Below are positions 1 through 10,033 of a DNA stretch of 53,868 bases, in pieces. The notes beneath the pieces were generated by a model, which saw only the letters and a list, made by a program, of their open reading frames with translations, did no database searches and was not told where the DNA came from. The stretch covers positions 1 to 53,868 of IMG/VR virus record IMGVR_UViG_3300022200_008215; one strand, given 5' to 3'. Position 1 is the stretch's first letter. The number at the start of each line of letters is the position of its first letter. Source of the stretch: a virus (taxonomy: Duplodnaviria > Caudoviricetes). A program made the translations under genes and the position numbers.

Positions 1-330
1 TTCATTTGCTGATGCAGATACGTGTGTAGAGGTAGCTGGGTCATAAGCACCTGATACAATCCTAGTAACTAGTACTGAGCCTCCTCCTTGTTGAAAGTAG
101 TTTTTTACTGCTAGCGAAGTCATGAATTCATAACTTGTAGAGGCTGATGTAAATGTAACTCCAAATTTTCTAACATAATCGTTATATGAAGTAACCAATG
201 TTGGAGTTTCTACCGGTCCTTTAACTGTCGGTCCAATAATTGCTGCACCTGCTACTACTGGAGCTGGTTGGATAAATGAAATGTCATTTTCTCTTGTGAA
301 TACACCTGGAGAGATAATTGATTCTGCCAT
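1..330 (-). CDS. Tail sheath protein, N-terminal part (truncated by window edge)
   Basis: Manual translation from ATG at 330: MAESIISPGVFTRENDISFIQPAPVVAGAAIIGPTVKGPVETPTLVTSYNDYVRKFG..., the typical SPGV..E.D / GP..KGP / FG sheath N-terminus; not in the ORF track. Confidence 0.9.
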   Translation of the reverse strand, partial: MAESIISPGVFTRENDISFIQPAPVVAGAAIIGPTVKGPVETPTLVTSYNDYVRKFGVTFTSASTSYEFMTSLAVKNYFQQGGGSVLVTRIVSGAYDPATSTHVSASANE

Positions 331-360
331 GTCTTGATAAGGTTTTTATTTAATGTCTTT

Positions 361-426
361 TATAAATATCTGATTATTTTGTAAACCTTCCTTTATGTTT
401 CTTAGGAAGGTGACTGTGTATAAATA
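361..426 (-). promoter_or_regulatory. Two tandem TATTTATA putative late promoters upstream of the tail sheath gene
   Basis: tataaata on + at 361-368 and 419-426; each has GAAGGTTT exactly 14 nt upstream on the minus strand. Confidence 0.65.
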
Positions 427-496
427 GGAAGAGAAGGGGCAAACCTTCTCCTTTTCCTTTAACTTTCTTCTCGACTGTCTTATACTTTCCTGTAAG

Positions 497-763
497 TTAC
501 TTTTTGGTATTAGTTATCTCAGGTATGAATTCTCCTTTTTGTAAATTAATAGAACCTTTCCCATAAGCCTCCTCTAAGGAGCTAACCAACTCTCTTTCTG
601 CTCTACGAGTATCTTCTAAATAGTTTATCGCATTATCCCGACGTTTTTTTAAATCTAATTTTACCAATTCAACTTGCCCTAGTTCAACCTGTACTGCTTG
701 TATTCTAGATTCGATGTTAACAATTTTATCAATTTCTTCTTTTTTTAACTTTTTGTTTGCCAT
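497..763 (-). CDS. Small coiled-coil hypothetical protein
   Basis: 88 aa ORF, heptad-like helix followed by YGKGSINLQKGEF. Confidence 0.7.
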   Translation of the reverse strand: MANKKLKKEEIDKIVNIESRIQAVQVELGQVELVKLDLKKRRDNAINYLEDTRRAERELVSSLEEAYGKGSINLQKGEFIPEITNTKK

Positions 764-788
764 TTTATAAATATGTTTAGTGTATATC

Positions 789-820
789 CTAATGTATGAA
801 ATTATTTTTTAAAATCCAAC
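789..820 (-). promoter_or_regulatory. Bacteroidota sigma70-type promoter
   Basis: minus strand GTTG-N20-TACATTAG, same spacing as five other copies. Confidence 0.5.
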
Positions 821-1992
821 TTCTCTAATTTAGGGAACGGGATAATGTACGGTATACCTAGGTGTTTTGTCTTCTCTATAATAATATCTGCAAAATTCCA
901 AGCAAATATAAGGATAGCTTCTGGTTTATCCTCTATGAGATGTTTTGGTGGTAATATTGGTATTTTACCATTTGCTGTCCATTTATTAAACCTCTCTGGT
1001 GATTCGTCTATAATATACTTTATTAGTGTTTGATCTAAATCTAGCAAGCTAGTCACTACATTAGCTCTACCTGAAGCTCCGTAACCTGCTATTTCTAAAT
1101 GTTTATTTTCTTGTAGGTAGTCGTATAACTGTTTTAGAGCTGTTGAGATACTTTTATTAAAATTAGAAAGATCTAGGTAGGGTTTCTCTTTTTTTATTTG
1201 GTTCAACACTTTCTGACTACTTTTTCCTGTTCCTATAACTACTCTTATCGACCCAGAATGAATAGGGATTCTTTCAAAATTTAAGATAGTTAATCCATGT
1301 GTTTTAAATAAGTTTTGAAGGCTTGTTAGGGTATAGTAGTATAGGTGTTCGTGATACATAAAGTCAAACTGAAATTTCTCTATTAGGTCAACTAAGTATT
1401 GTACTTCTATAATAAGTTTCCCTCTTGGTTTTAGTCCTATCTTTATCCCTTCTATTACCTCTTGAATATCTTCTATATGAGCAAAAGAATTACTAGAAAG
1501 TATATAGTCAAAGCAGTTATTCAGTGAGTTCTCTTTAATAAAATTACTATTAAAAAAATCATCTACGATAAGAAGATCTTTGTCTCTACCTAACTTTATA
1601 ATATTTGTTGCTGGGTCTACCCCTAGTGCTGTAATTCCTTTTTCTTTAAGAGCATAAAGCAAAGGCCCGTCATTACATCCAAATTCTAAAATAATATCCC
1701 TGGAGTCTATATTCTCTTTTTCTACTAACCAGTTTGCATACTGATTAAAATGTTTTTGCATACTGATAGAGGAAATATATCTGTAGTCTTTAAATAACTC
1801 TTCTGGGTTAATTAGGTAATTAGTTTGAACTAGTTTACAGTTTTCGCACATTATTACTGTAAGAGGGTACTTTGCTACTTTTCCTGGGGTTGTAGGGAAG
1901 CTACCGGCAAGAGGTACTTCTCCAAAATTATAAACTTGGCTGAAGTCTGTTCCGTTACAGCTTGCGCAGTTATCTCTCTTGTGGTTATGCAT
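802..1992 (-). CDS. SAM-dependent NDP-sugar C-methyltransferase-like protein
   Basis: N-terminal CxxC...CxxC Zn site, PLAGSF, EFGCNDG SAM motif, GVDPA, FAHI, YHEHLYYY, HSGSIR, GYGASGRA, FAWNFADII, IIPFP. Confidence 0.9.
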   Translation of the reverse strand: MHNHKRDNCASCNGTDFSQVYNFGEVPLAGSFPTTPGKVAKYPLTVIMCENCKLVQTNYLINPEELFKDYRYISSISMQKHFNQYANWLVEKENIDSRDIILEFGCNDGPLLYALKEKGITALGVDPATNIIKLGRDKDLLIVDDFFNSNFIKENSLNNCFDYILSSNSFAHIEDIQEVIEGIKIGLKPRGKLIIEVQYLVDLIEKFQFDFMYHEHLYYYTLTSLQNLFKTHGLTILNFERIPIHSGSIRVVIGTGKSSQKVLNQIKKEKPYLDLSNFNKSISTALKQLYDYLQENKHLEIAGYGASGRANVVTSLLDLDQTLIKYIIDESPERFNKWTANGKIPILPPKHLIEDKPEAILIFAWNFADIIIEKTKHLGIPYIIPFPKLEKLDFKK

Positions 1993-2941
1993 AGTTGATA
2001 GTGGTAAAAGTTTCTGTGGTGTAAGCTGTGGTTAAATCAAAATACTTGTTATTATAGGTATACCCTATAGAAGTTATTTCTGGGAGATTTTGTATTATAT
2101 CTGTTTCTATTAGGATTTCTTGATCATTTATATTTAAAGTTAGTCCCTGTGCTTTGTTATCATATATTACAATTCTGGGCGTAAAGGAGTTTGTATCTAT
2201 TCTCCTATGTGTGTTATTATTCTGTAAAAATATTTTAAATTCTGGATGTTCACTTTTATTGAAAAGTTTTGGATATTCAAAATTAGCTTTATCCTTGATA
2301 GGCTTTTCTATAATAAGATAATCAAAAATTGAAACCATATGCTCCCAATACTGTTCTACATCTCTATACTTTCCATTCTTGACGGACATATGTGTATCGC
2401 ATGTATATTCATCTTTTAGTAAGTTTGGTATAAGTCTCTGTAGAGAATGTTTAGAAAGTATATTAATCATAAGACTAGGAAACCTATATCCTTGAGGGTG
2501 TTCGTTATCCTGTACTTTACTACATACCAAATCTGCTGGCTCTCTTAACTCGTGTAAGATTTCTTTAGTAAACTCTATATCGTAGTTAATAAACGAATAG
2601 TGAGTGTAATCTAGAGGTAGAGTTAATTTTGAAGCATTTATAATTTGATTTATAACTGTCCATCCATAGTCAGGTGCGATATTTTGGAGTTTAATGCTTT
2701 GCCCTGCTACTTCTATATACTTCCAGTGTACCATTCCTCGAATCGGGAATGTAATTATAGGATTACTCTTATCGTATATAAAATAGTCTATTAGGTTTTG
2801 AATTTCTACATTAACCGGGATATGAGATACAACAAGTATATCGTGATTACTTTGCTTGAGAATAAGTATATTTTCTTTAAGAATCTCTTCTTTTTCAGGA
2901 GTATTGCAGTGACACAGTAGTATAATTAAGTTATTTCTCAT
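1985..2941 (-). CDS. Hypothetical protein, possibly glycosyltransferase-related
   Basis: 318 aa ORF overlapping both glyco-gene neighbours; VSHIPV, DYFIYDKSNP, INYD motifs; function uncertain. Confidence 0.5.
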   Translation of the reverse strand: MRNNLIILLCHCNTPEKEEILKENILILKQSNHDILVVSHIPVNVEIQNLIDYFIYDKSNPIITFPIRGMVHWKYIEVAGQSIKLQNIAPDYGWTVINQIINASKLTLPLDYTHYSFINYDIEFTKEILHELREPADLVCSKVQDNEHPQGYRFPSLMINILSKHSLQRLIPNLLKDEYTCDTHMSVKNGKYRDVEQYWEHMVSIFDYLIIEKPIKDKANFEYPKLFNKSEHPEFKIFLQNNNTHRRIDTNSFTPRIVIYDNKAQGLTLNINDQEILIETDIIQNLPEITSIGYTYNNKYFDLTTAYTTETFTTINYA

Positions 2942-5900
2942 AACAGGCTATAAATGGAGTAATATCTTTTGATTCTTGATATCTTTGGATATCTTCGTAT
3001 TCTATATAATTTGTATTAGTGTTGTTACTTTTAAACCAGTCTCCGTTATTATTAAGAAGCTGGTCTATAATTTTTTTCTCCGATCTATATAATTTAAGAA
3101 TTTCTTTTTTCTTATCCAAGATATCTTTTGTTAATTTTTTTTCCGATTTACCGAATACATGCAGTATATCGTCTAAGATACCTTTATTAATATACTGTTT
3201 AATAAAGTTAAATACCGATCTATGTTGTGGATGTCCGTATTCCCCTATAGGGTTATGAGTAACTATTTTTTCCCAGTTTCTGCTTAGCAGAGTACATTCA
3301 ATATTGTAGACTTCTTCAGTTGAATATATACTATCCTCATAATCGTATATCTCCCAAGCACCTACTTTAAGTTCTTTCATTACTTTTTTAAACTCCTTAC
3401 TCCTTATCTTATTCGACTTATTAGTTAGGCATATTACCTTGTATTCTGGTCCATGTTTGATTAATTCTCCTCCTCCAAATATCATTTCATCATCTGGGTG
3501 TGCAATTATCATTAGTTTGCTTATTTGATAGTTCTCAAATGCTTTTTGTAGTGTATTAGCGTCTTTTTTCTTTATGGAAGGATCTGGTCCGTGAATAAAG
3601 TAGGGTTCTAGTTCATACTCATCGTACATAACATCAAATCCTTGTTTTAAAAAGTAATCAGATACGTTCCTCTCTTCTTTACTACTATAAAAATTATTCC
3701 AAGTAACCGGTAAGTAGGCAGTCTTATTTTCTAACCATAAGATACTGTTTGCAACTCTTTCTTCAGAAAATGCATTATCATCTACATATATCTTTATGCT
3801 GTAGTTGTTTAATTCTTTATTCCACTCTAAACATTGTTCAAAAAACGGCTTACTCCTTTTATCATAAAAATAGAAGCCTGTAGCAATTATCCTTTCATTA
3901 GGATTACGTTCTATTTTTTTTATATCTGCCAGCTCTACTCCATACGCACCAGTTAACTTTAAGTTGCCGTGTTTTTTCCACTGATTTATATCCTTATGAT
4001 AGTATCTCATAAAGAGAGGATAATCTTGCAGGAGAGTTATATGTTTAAGAGATTTGTCTATGTGTTGAGTTACAAAGGCATCCCCGTCTAGCCATGCATA
4101 GGTACTATAACCTTCCTTTAGTGATTGTATACTCGCAATATACTTAGCAAAATAGATAGAAAAGTCCTTATTAAATAAATCCGGTTCTCCTTGTTGTATT
4201 GGAGTAGGCTTTTTTCTGTAGTCTATTCTCCTATTGATAACATTAGGAAGATCAATAGTAGAATCACAATTGAACCCATATACAATTAACTTGTGTTTCG
4301 AGTATTTTAAAAGACTTATTGCTAGAACCTCTATCATTTTTAAATACTCCTCATCTCCTCCTGTAATCCAGGTGAAGCTGTTCGACTCTATTTTATTTAA
4401 TATACTAAGTGTATTATTATAGACCTGCTCTACTGTGATTGATTTTTGACATATATGCTGCAGATCAGTTCCCCGATGTCTTGGACACCAGTTCCAGTCT
4501 CCTGCATCAAATACATACTTCTTATCTACCCAGCAGTTATTACATACTGATTTATTTTCTACCTTGGTCAAATTAGTAGCAAATTCATATCCAAACGGAA
4601 TGAAATTGTTAATCATTAAGGTGTGTTTTCCTAACGCCCAATTCATCCAGGATAGTCCAGAGCCTAGTCCAATGAACAGTTCTGCATGATGCAAATAGTT
4701 CCACGTTTCTTCCCAGTTTAATTTCTCTTTATTAATAATACAAGGTCCTTGAAATCCCTCATATGATAAGTTAACTACTTTATACCCGTCCTTATGTAAC
4801 TTTTTTGCAAGAGCTCTCCATGATTCATGTGTCCACTCTTTTAACCCGGCTGTAGATCTGGGACCGATACATATGTACTTTTGTTTAATAGGCCGTTCTT
4901 TAGGGGTAAAATTGATACCGTAGTTCACTTCCCTATAAGGGAGTCCTAGTATGTCAGTTGCTGTTTGGATTAATGGAACTGTATTTGCCTGATTAGGATT
5001 TTTACTTCCAGTATCCCATTTATTATCTGTCTTAAACCAACCTACCCTGTAGTGTGCATAAGCAGGGCAAGGGGTATTAGGTTCTATAAACGTTATATCC
5101 TTATATGCTTCTAGTCCTTCAAACCATTCGTTATGGAAAGTAGAAACTACAATATCGCAATTATTTTTCTTTTTGAATTCTGCAACCTGAGGCATCCAGG
5201 CAATAGTATCCCCCACTGATTTAGAATCAAAGGATACTTTTACTTTCCTATTTTCAAGAGCGAATTGATGTATTACCTCTCCATCTACCTTTATAGTCCA
5301 TGGAATATAAAATTCTTTCTTACATTTTGTCCACATTCCATTTTTTATGGTAGAGGAATGTACTATTTCATTATTTGTTGAATTTATAAACTCTACAAAG
5401 TACTCTCTGTTTCGTTCTCCTGTTATCTCTACCTTAGGTCCGTACTCGAAGGAGACTTCTATAGTATTGTTGGGCAATTCTCTATATAGTTTAGTTAGTT
5501 CTTTATTAGCAAGCTGTGCTGCATTATCCCATGTAAATTGTTCTCTAATTAATTCAGATTCTTGTAACGCTTTTTCTCTATACGTGCTGTAATTTGTATA
5601 GACTTCCCTCATGACCTTCTTTAAGTCTTCAAAGTCGGGTTCATAAAATTCTCCTTCCATAAGGTGTCGGTGGAATGAATTGTATTCTCCAAACTGTGCT
5701 GGTACAACTTCTTTAATTTTAACTGGGTGTCCTTTCCCTTGGGCAAATTCAAGTTGTCCACTGCAGTTCGAATAAATCGAAGGAGTGCCGCATGCCATAG
5801 CTTCTATGAGCGGCAAATTCCATCCTTCAGATCTAGCACAAGATAAAAATACATGACCTTTTTGTAGGTACTTAATATATTCTTCACTAGTAGGAAAGTG

Positions 5901-6677
5901 TTTTACTTTTACTCTCGAATCTTTCAGATTATAGTTTTCTAATCTCTCTTCTGTAGAAGTGAATCCATCTTTGGCAAAACTATTATCGACTGATACAATT
6001 AAATCAACTGGTTCCTCCTTGCTAAATTCCTGTAAAAATGATTCTATTATTTCTTTAGTTGCTTTTCTGTAATCCCATCTTCCGAATAAGATAAACTTAA
6101 ATCTACTATCTTCATATTCCGGTAGAGTAGAAGTACTATCTGGTTTAAATATCGAGCTATCTACTGCTTCAGGGATTACCTTTACTTTACTAGGATTAAT
6201 GCCTTGTTCGATAGTACATTCTCTCTGCCAATTCGAAGCAACCCATATTTGATTATATTCCTTTAGTTTCTCAAAAAACTGCTTTGGTTGACGGGTGGTC
6301 TCCCATACATTGTAAGCTACCTTAACTCCTGTATACTCTTGGTAGAAGTAGTGGTGGTCGGTTTCATTCAATACAATATTGATATCGTGATCAATACTAT
6401 TTTCGAAATCCGTATAGATGGGGAAGTGGTGTATTTGATTTTTATCATCCCATAGTGTTTGTTCATATAGGAGAGTTTTATCTAGGGTATCTATATAGTG
6501 TTCATTATCGTGGGGAGTATCGGTATACCCATTCCATTTCGATCCTATAGTAAAATTACGTACTTTTATTGGAAGGTATTTTGATAGTGCTCTGAAAAAG
6601 TTACGAGTATGGTTATTGTACCCTGTTGTTCCTATATAGCTACCGTGAGCAAAGATATTAGGCTTTTTGCTACCCAT
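2931..6677 (-). CDS. Multidomain glycosyltransferase: GT4 + Aah/TibC-like O-heptosyltransferase + GT-A-like domain + PIG-L/LmbE-like deacetylase
   Basis: GRWDYRK and SEGWNLPLIEAMACGTP (GT4); SKSVGDTIAWMP, FIGLGSGLSWMNWALGK, CNNCW..WCP..C (heptosyltransferase with 4-Cys finger); WLDGD; IIAHPDDE and HNPIGEYGHPQH (PIG-L). Confidence 0.88.
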   Translation of the reverse strand: MGSKKPNIFAHGSYIGTTGYNNHTRNFFRALSKYLPIKVRNFTIGSKWNGYTDTPHDNEHYIDTLDKTLLYEQTLWDDKNQIHHFPIYTDFENSIDHDINIVLNETDHHYFYQEYTGVKVAYNVWETTRQPKQFFEKLKEYNQIWVASNWQRECTIEQGINPSKVKVIPEAVDSSIFKPDSTSTLPEYEDSRFKFILFGRWDYRKATKEIIESFLQEFSKEEPVDLIVSVDNSFAKDGFTSTEERLENYNLKDSRVKVKHFPTSEEYIKYLQKGHVFLSCARSEGWNLPLIEAMACGTPSIYSNCSGQLEFAQGKGHPVKIKEVVPAQFGEYNSFHRHLMEGEFYEPDFEDLKKVMREVYTNYSTYREKALQESELIREQFTWDNAAQLANKELTKLYRELPNNTIEVSFEYGPKVEITGERNREYFVEFINSTNNEIVHSSTIKNGMWTKCKKEFYIPWTIKVDGEVIHQFALENRKVKVSFDSKSVGDTIAWMPQVAEFKKKNNCDIVVSTFHNEWFEGLEAYKDITFIEPNTPCPAYAHYRVGWFKTDNKWDTGSKNPNQANTVPLIQTATDILGLPYREVNYGINFTPKERPIKQKYICIGPRSTAGLKEWTHESWRALAKKLHKDGYKVVNLSYEGFQGPCIINKEKLNWEETWNYLHHAELFIGLGSGLSWMNWALGKHTLMINNFIPFGYEFATNLTKVENKSVCNNCWVDKKYVFDAGDWNWCPRHRGTDLQHICQKSITVEQVYNNTLSILNKIESNSFTWITGGDEEYLKMIEVLAISLLKYSKHKLIVYGFNCDSTIDLPNVINRRIDYRKKPTPIQQGEPDLFNKDFSIYFAKYIASIQSLKEGYSTYAWLDGDAFVTQHIDKSLKHITLLQDYPLFMRYYHKDINQWKKHGNLKLTGAYGVELADIKKIERNPNERIIATGFYFYDKRSKPFFEQCLEWNKELNNYSIKIYVDDNAFSEERVANSILWLENKTAYLPVTWNNFYSSKEERNVSDYFLKQGFDVMYDEYELEPYFIHGPDPSIKKKDANTLQKAFENYQISKLMIIAHPDDEMIFGGGELIKHGPEYKVICLTNKSNKIRSKEFKKVMKELKVGAWEIYDYEDSIYSTEEVYNIECTLLSRNWEKIVTHNPIGEYGHPQHRSVFNFIKQYINKGILDDILHVFGKSEKKLTKDILDKKKEILKLYRSEKKIIDQLLNNNGDWFKSNNTNTNYIEYEDIQRYQESKDITPFIACYEK

Positions 6678-6695
6678 TTTACTTTATTTTTACAA

Positions 6696-6727
6696 CCAAT
6701 ATATGAATTTATTCTGTATAATCCAAA
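6696..6727 (-). promoter_or_regulatory. Bacteroidota sigma70-type promoter for the glycosylation cassette
   Basis: minus strand TTTG-N20-TATATTGG just upstream of ATG 6677. Confidence 0.6.
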
Positions 6728-6757
6728 TATACTTTATAGTCCATACGGGAATTGCCT

Positions 6758-6786
6758 AAAAAAGAAAAGGCCCTAGTGGACCTTTT
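6758..6786 (-). terminator. Intrinsic terminator
   Basis: AAAAGGTCC-ACTA-GGGCCTTTT followed by CTTTTTT on the minus strand. Confidence 0.75.
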
Positions 6787-6788
6787 GC

Positions 6789-6962
6789 TTATTCGAGTGT
6801 TCTTATATGGTTTGATACTTTTTTGAATACTGTGTAGAATGTTTCGAATTCTTCTCCTTTGTATGTTGCTGATCTTAGTTTAACTAAGATAAATTCACAC
6901 TCTTTTTTCGTCAACCCTTCTTCTTCTACTTTCTTAGGTTTAATTTTATCTATTAATCCCAT
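6789..6962 (-). CDS. Small hypothetical protein (57 aa)
   Basis: Manual translation MGLIDKIKPKKVEEEGLTKKECEFILVKLRSATYKGEEFETFYTVFKKVSNHIRTLE; fills the gap before the terminator. Confidence 0.7.
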   Translation of the reverse strand: MGLIDKIKPKKVEEEGLTKKECEFILVKLRSATYKGEEFETFYTVFKKVSNHIRTLE

Positions 6963-6991
6963 ATTTTTTTATAACTGATTAATTTATATTC

Positions 6992-7843
6992 TTATACGTA
7001 GATAAAGATATCTCCACTCTCTACTCTAATGTTTCCTACGTGATCTGCTTTTGCTGTTGCTGCATTTACTTCTGTTCCTTCAAATACACCAGCGATATGG
7101 TAAGATGGAACTTGGTTTCCAATAGCGGTGGAAGCCATAGATCCAACTATCGCAAGACGTCCATCGTTCGAGTTATAGCTTGCATCCCAAATCATTGCTG
7201 ATCCTGATTGAGCTACACCTGTTGAACCACCAAATACAATTCCCGAATCTTGGGTTGCTGCTGATCCAGAACTTAGTAATACGAATTGATCTTCTATGTC
7301 AAGGTTTGTTGTGTTAATGGATGTTGTTGTCCCATTTACTGTTAGGTCTCCACCAATTGTTGTATCATTTGTAATAATAAGTCCACTAAAAGTAGGAGTA
7401 TCAGTTGTTTGCAGTCCTAAATCTACCGATGCTGCTGCTACGCCGTTTGTTGTAAGCCTTGCTTCCCCCTGATTCGGTGAATCTAATGATGATCCGGAAA
7501 CTACTAATGTTCCTAATAAGATAGTTGCAGCTGAAATTGAACCTCCAAGAGATGTTGATGTTCCTGCTATCGTTATTGCAGAATTAGCTAAACTAGCATT
7601 AGGAACTGCGGATAAACCGAAAGTAAGTGTATCGGTACCTGCATCTGCTGATATTGTTAATCCTTGTGCAGATGATGAAGCAAAGTTTAATACACCTTGA
7701 CTATCGTTTGCTATAATATTTACTCCGTTAAATGAAGCAGTTACGAATGCGTTGAGTGATGTTGCTGAGGTTAGATATCCTGCGTCGTTTACTAACTCGG
7801 ATACGTTAGATCCGGATACTATTATTTTTTTCCAAGTTGCCAT
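6992..7843 (-). CDS. Putative virion structural / fibre-like protein
   Basis: Ser/Thr/Gly/Ala-rich; GDLTVNGTTTSINTTNLDIEDQF fibre-type motif; MATWKKIIVSGS start resembles MPNWRKVITSGS of 41562-43913. Confidence 0.65.
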   Translation of the reverse strand: MATWKKIIVSGSNVSELVNDAGYLTSATSLNAFVTASFNGVNIIANDSQGVLNFASSSAQGLTISADAGTDTLTFGLSAVPNASLANSAITIAGTSTSLGGSISAATILLGTLVVSGSSLDSPNQGEARLTTNGVAAASVDLGLQTTDTPTFSGLIITNDTTIGGDLTVNGTTTSINTTNLDIEDQFVLLSSGSAATQDSGIVFGGSTGVAQSGSAMIWDASYNSNDGRLAIVGSMASTAIGNQVPSYHIAGVFEGTEVNAATAKADHVGNIRVESGDIFIYV

Positions 7844-7885
7844 GTTTCTTTACTTTATCTATTTCTTTATTTTTTATAAATAGGT

Positions 7886-8284
7886 TTAATTATTAAAACC
7901 GAGATAGAAATTATCATCATTACTAAGGTATAGTCCTCCTGTTATTGGTGTTGGCTCTCCCGACTGTGATACTATCTGTAGTATCCCCTGTGTATTTACT
8001 TTTAGTTTTTCAGAACCTCCTATACTTATTGTAAATTCATCTTCAATTCCATCTAATTCTATAAATAATGACCCTGTAATTTGTAAATCATTTGTAGTCG
8101 TCCAATATGACCCTGTTTCTTTAAATATTCCCGAGTGTTCTTCTATTATAGTGAGTATATCTATATTATCTAAAGTTAAGCCTCCCGAGATATTAAACGA
8201 GCCGGATAAATTAAGAGAACCTGTTAGGTGCTCTCCTAACTCTGGTAATGTATCTACTATTTGCTCCCAAAATACTTGTGCCAT
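7886..8284 (-). CDS. Hypothetical structural protein
   Basis: 132 aa with TGSLNLSGS / LQITGSL repeats like neighbouring fibre genes. Confidence 0.55.
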   Translation of the reverse strand: MAQVFWEQIVDTLPELGEHLTGSLNLSGSFNISGGLTLDNIDILTIIEEHSGIFKETGSYWTTTNDLQITGSLFIELDGIEDEFTISIGGSEKLKVNTQGILQIVSQSGEPTPITGGLYLSNDDNFYLGFNN

Positions 8285-9543
8285 TATACTATAAATTTAC
8301 CTGCTGCTACTATTTCCATCTGTTCTGTTATACTATATCCTAGTTCTGCATTAAATACTATTACAACATTCGATCCTACTTGAGATATAGATACTATGGC
8401 TGATGGTTCTGTCATTAATCCATTAATAAACACTTTAAAGTCATTAACTCCTAGTGCTGGGAATCCTGTTGGTGGTACTGCTATTGCGATATTAGTGAAT
8501 GTAATACTGTTATCTTCTGTATTTATCGTATTAGTTATTGTGTTGCTGTCTAGAAGTGCTGTTAGACTGATATAATCTCTCTCTTCTTCAGACATATTGC
8601 TTGTTACGTTTGTTATCTCTGTCTTTCCTGCTATTGCATCAAAGAATCTACCTTTTGGGTTTGCAGAAGCCTGTGTAGCTGCTTTTGCATTAAGTATCTC
8701 AGTTGTTCCAGCTAATTCTAATCCAAAGGTAATTGCTGATTTAGAATAAAATTTATTCATATTAGCTATCGATGTATTAATTGCATCTGGTACTATATGT
8801 CCCATCATAGTGATATTAAAAGAGGTCTTAACTGTTCTATCCTGTCCTTGGTTTAGTTCTGTTGAGGTAGTGTAGGTATCAATCATTGCTCGGAAACTAA
8901 ACCTCTCTGGATCACCCCAGTATGCATCTGAGGCGAAATTAATAGATTCTACAATTTTATTCATCTGTTCTACATACTCTGTAAAGATAATACATGAATA
9001 TGTTATGTTTACATAGTCAGGTATAATGACTCCGTATAGCTCTGTTACAGGAATCCTATTTGTAAGTGCTGCAAAGTTATCATATATGTTTTTTCTAGAG
9101 TACTTCTTTTGAAATATTGCAAAATTATTAGGGTTATTAGCGTCTAGCTTGTTTCCTAACGTTCTATTCTTTTCAATAGACTCTCTTTTAAACATAATAA
9201 GGGGAGTCTGTATTTTACCGTTTTTATCTCGGTAAAACCCGTCTTTTTGTACTGATGCCCACCTTTCTGGTGATCCGTACAGTATAGGTACAGCTATTCT
9301 CTTACCGTTCTGAGATACTGATGGTTTTATTACGTTATTAAAGTAGTATACAATGGTTTCGTCTATATCTTTTAATCCGATACTAAATTGCTTAACAGTA
9401 TCTCCTTTGACAGAGCGGTTATATGCACGATTCTTCTTAAGATCATCGGGTGTTGGCTGTTTTGCAGCATTATTATACGTATCTATGGAGTCTTGTGATA
9501 ATTCCGACTGTTTTTTAGGTACTATTTTACTACTATTTGCCAT
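8284..9543 (-). CDS. Tail terminator / sheath stabiliser-like protein (T4 gp15-like) with C-terminal extension
   Basis: VPILYGSPERW, PLIMFKR, QMNKIVE motifs; follows neck genes. Confidence 0.6.
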   Translation of the reverse strand: MANSSKIVPKKQSELSQDSIDTYNNAAKQPTPDDLKKNRAYNRSVKGDTVKQFSIGLKDIDETIVYYFNNVIKPSVSQNGKRIAVPILYGSPERWASVQKDGFYRDKNGKIQTPLIMFKRESIEKNRTLGNKLDANNPNNFAIFQKKYSRKNIYDNFAALTNRIPVTELYGVIIPDYVNITYSCIIFTEYVEQMNKIVESINFASDAYWGDPERFSFRAMIDTYTTSTELNQGQDRTVKTSFNITMMGHIVPDAINTSIANMNKFYSKSAITFGLELAGTTEILNAKAATQASANPKGRFFDAIAGKTEITNVTSNMSEEERDYISLTALLDSNTITNTINTEDNSITFTNIAIAVPPTGFPALGVNDFKVFINGLMTEPSAIVSISQVGSNVVIVFNAELGYSITEQMEIVAAGKFIV

Positions 9544-9544
9544 A

Positions 9545-10030
9545 TTATCGTACTTGTGTTACGCCTATCCTGTCTGCTCTTGTTAGATGGCAATCTACTA
9601 TTATAGATATTGATGATCCAAAGTTACTACCGTATTCAGTCAGGTTGTAGCTCTTGTCTCTACCTAGGAATAACTGGTTCTCTCTTACTGTATCTACCTC
9701 GTAGTAATCTTCTTGCCATAGTACTATGTCCCCTACTTCTGGTACGGTGTTTGCATCTACTAAATCTTCTCTTATGAAAGCAAATGATGCTTCTCTACCT
9801 AAATCCGGACCAAATTCACTTATATCTATTATTTGATCTCCCCTAGTTATTAAACAATTAAGTTTAACAGGGTTTAGGTATACTTTCTCTAGCGATTCCC
9901 CGTATATATTTGCTTGAGTATCGTCTAAAGACAGTTTATAATAGCCAATCTCTTGTTCTATTATATCTTTTAGTAACTCCCGGCTTATATTTACTAGGAG
10001 GTTAAAGTCTCTATTAGATCCAAACAGCAT
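9545..10030 (-). CDS. Neck / head-closure protein (T4 gp14-like)
   Basis: NIYGES, PEVGDIV, YYEV motifs; synteny after gp13-like gene. Confidence 0.6.
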   Translation of the reverse strand: MLFGSNRDFNLLVNISRELLKDIIEQEIGYYKLSLDDTQANIYGESLEKVYLNPVKLNCLITRGDQIIDISEFGPDLGREASFAFIREDLVDANTVPEVGDIVLWQEDYYEVDTVRENQLFLGRDKSYNLTEYGSNFGSSISIIVDCHLTRADRIGVTQVR

Positions 10031-10033
10031 ATT

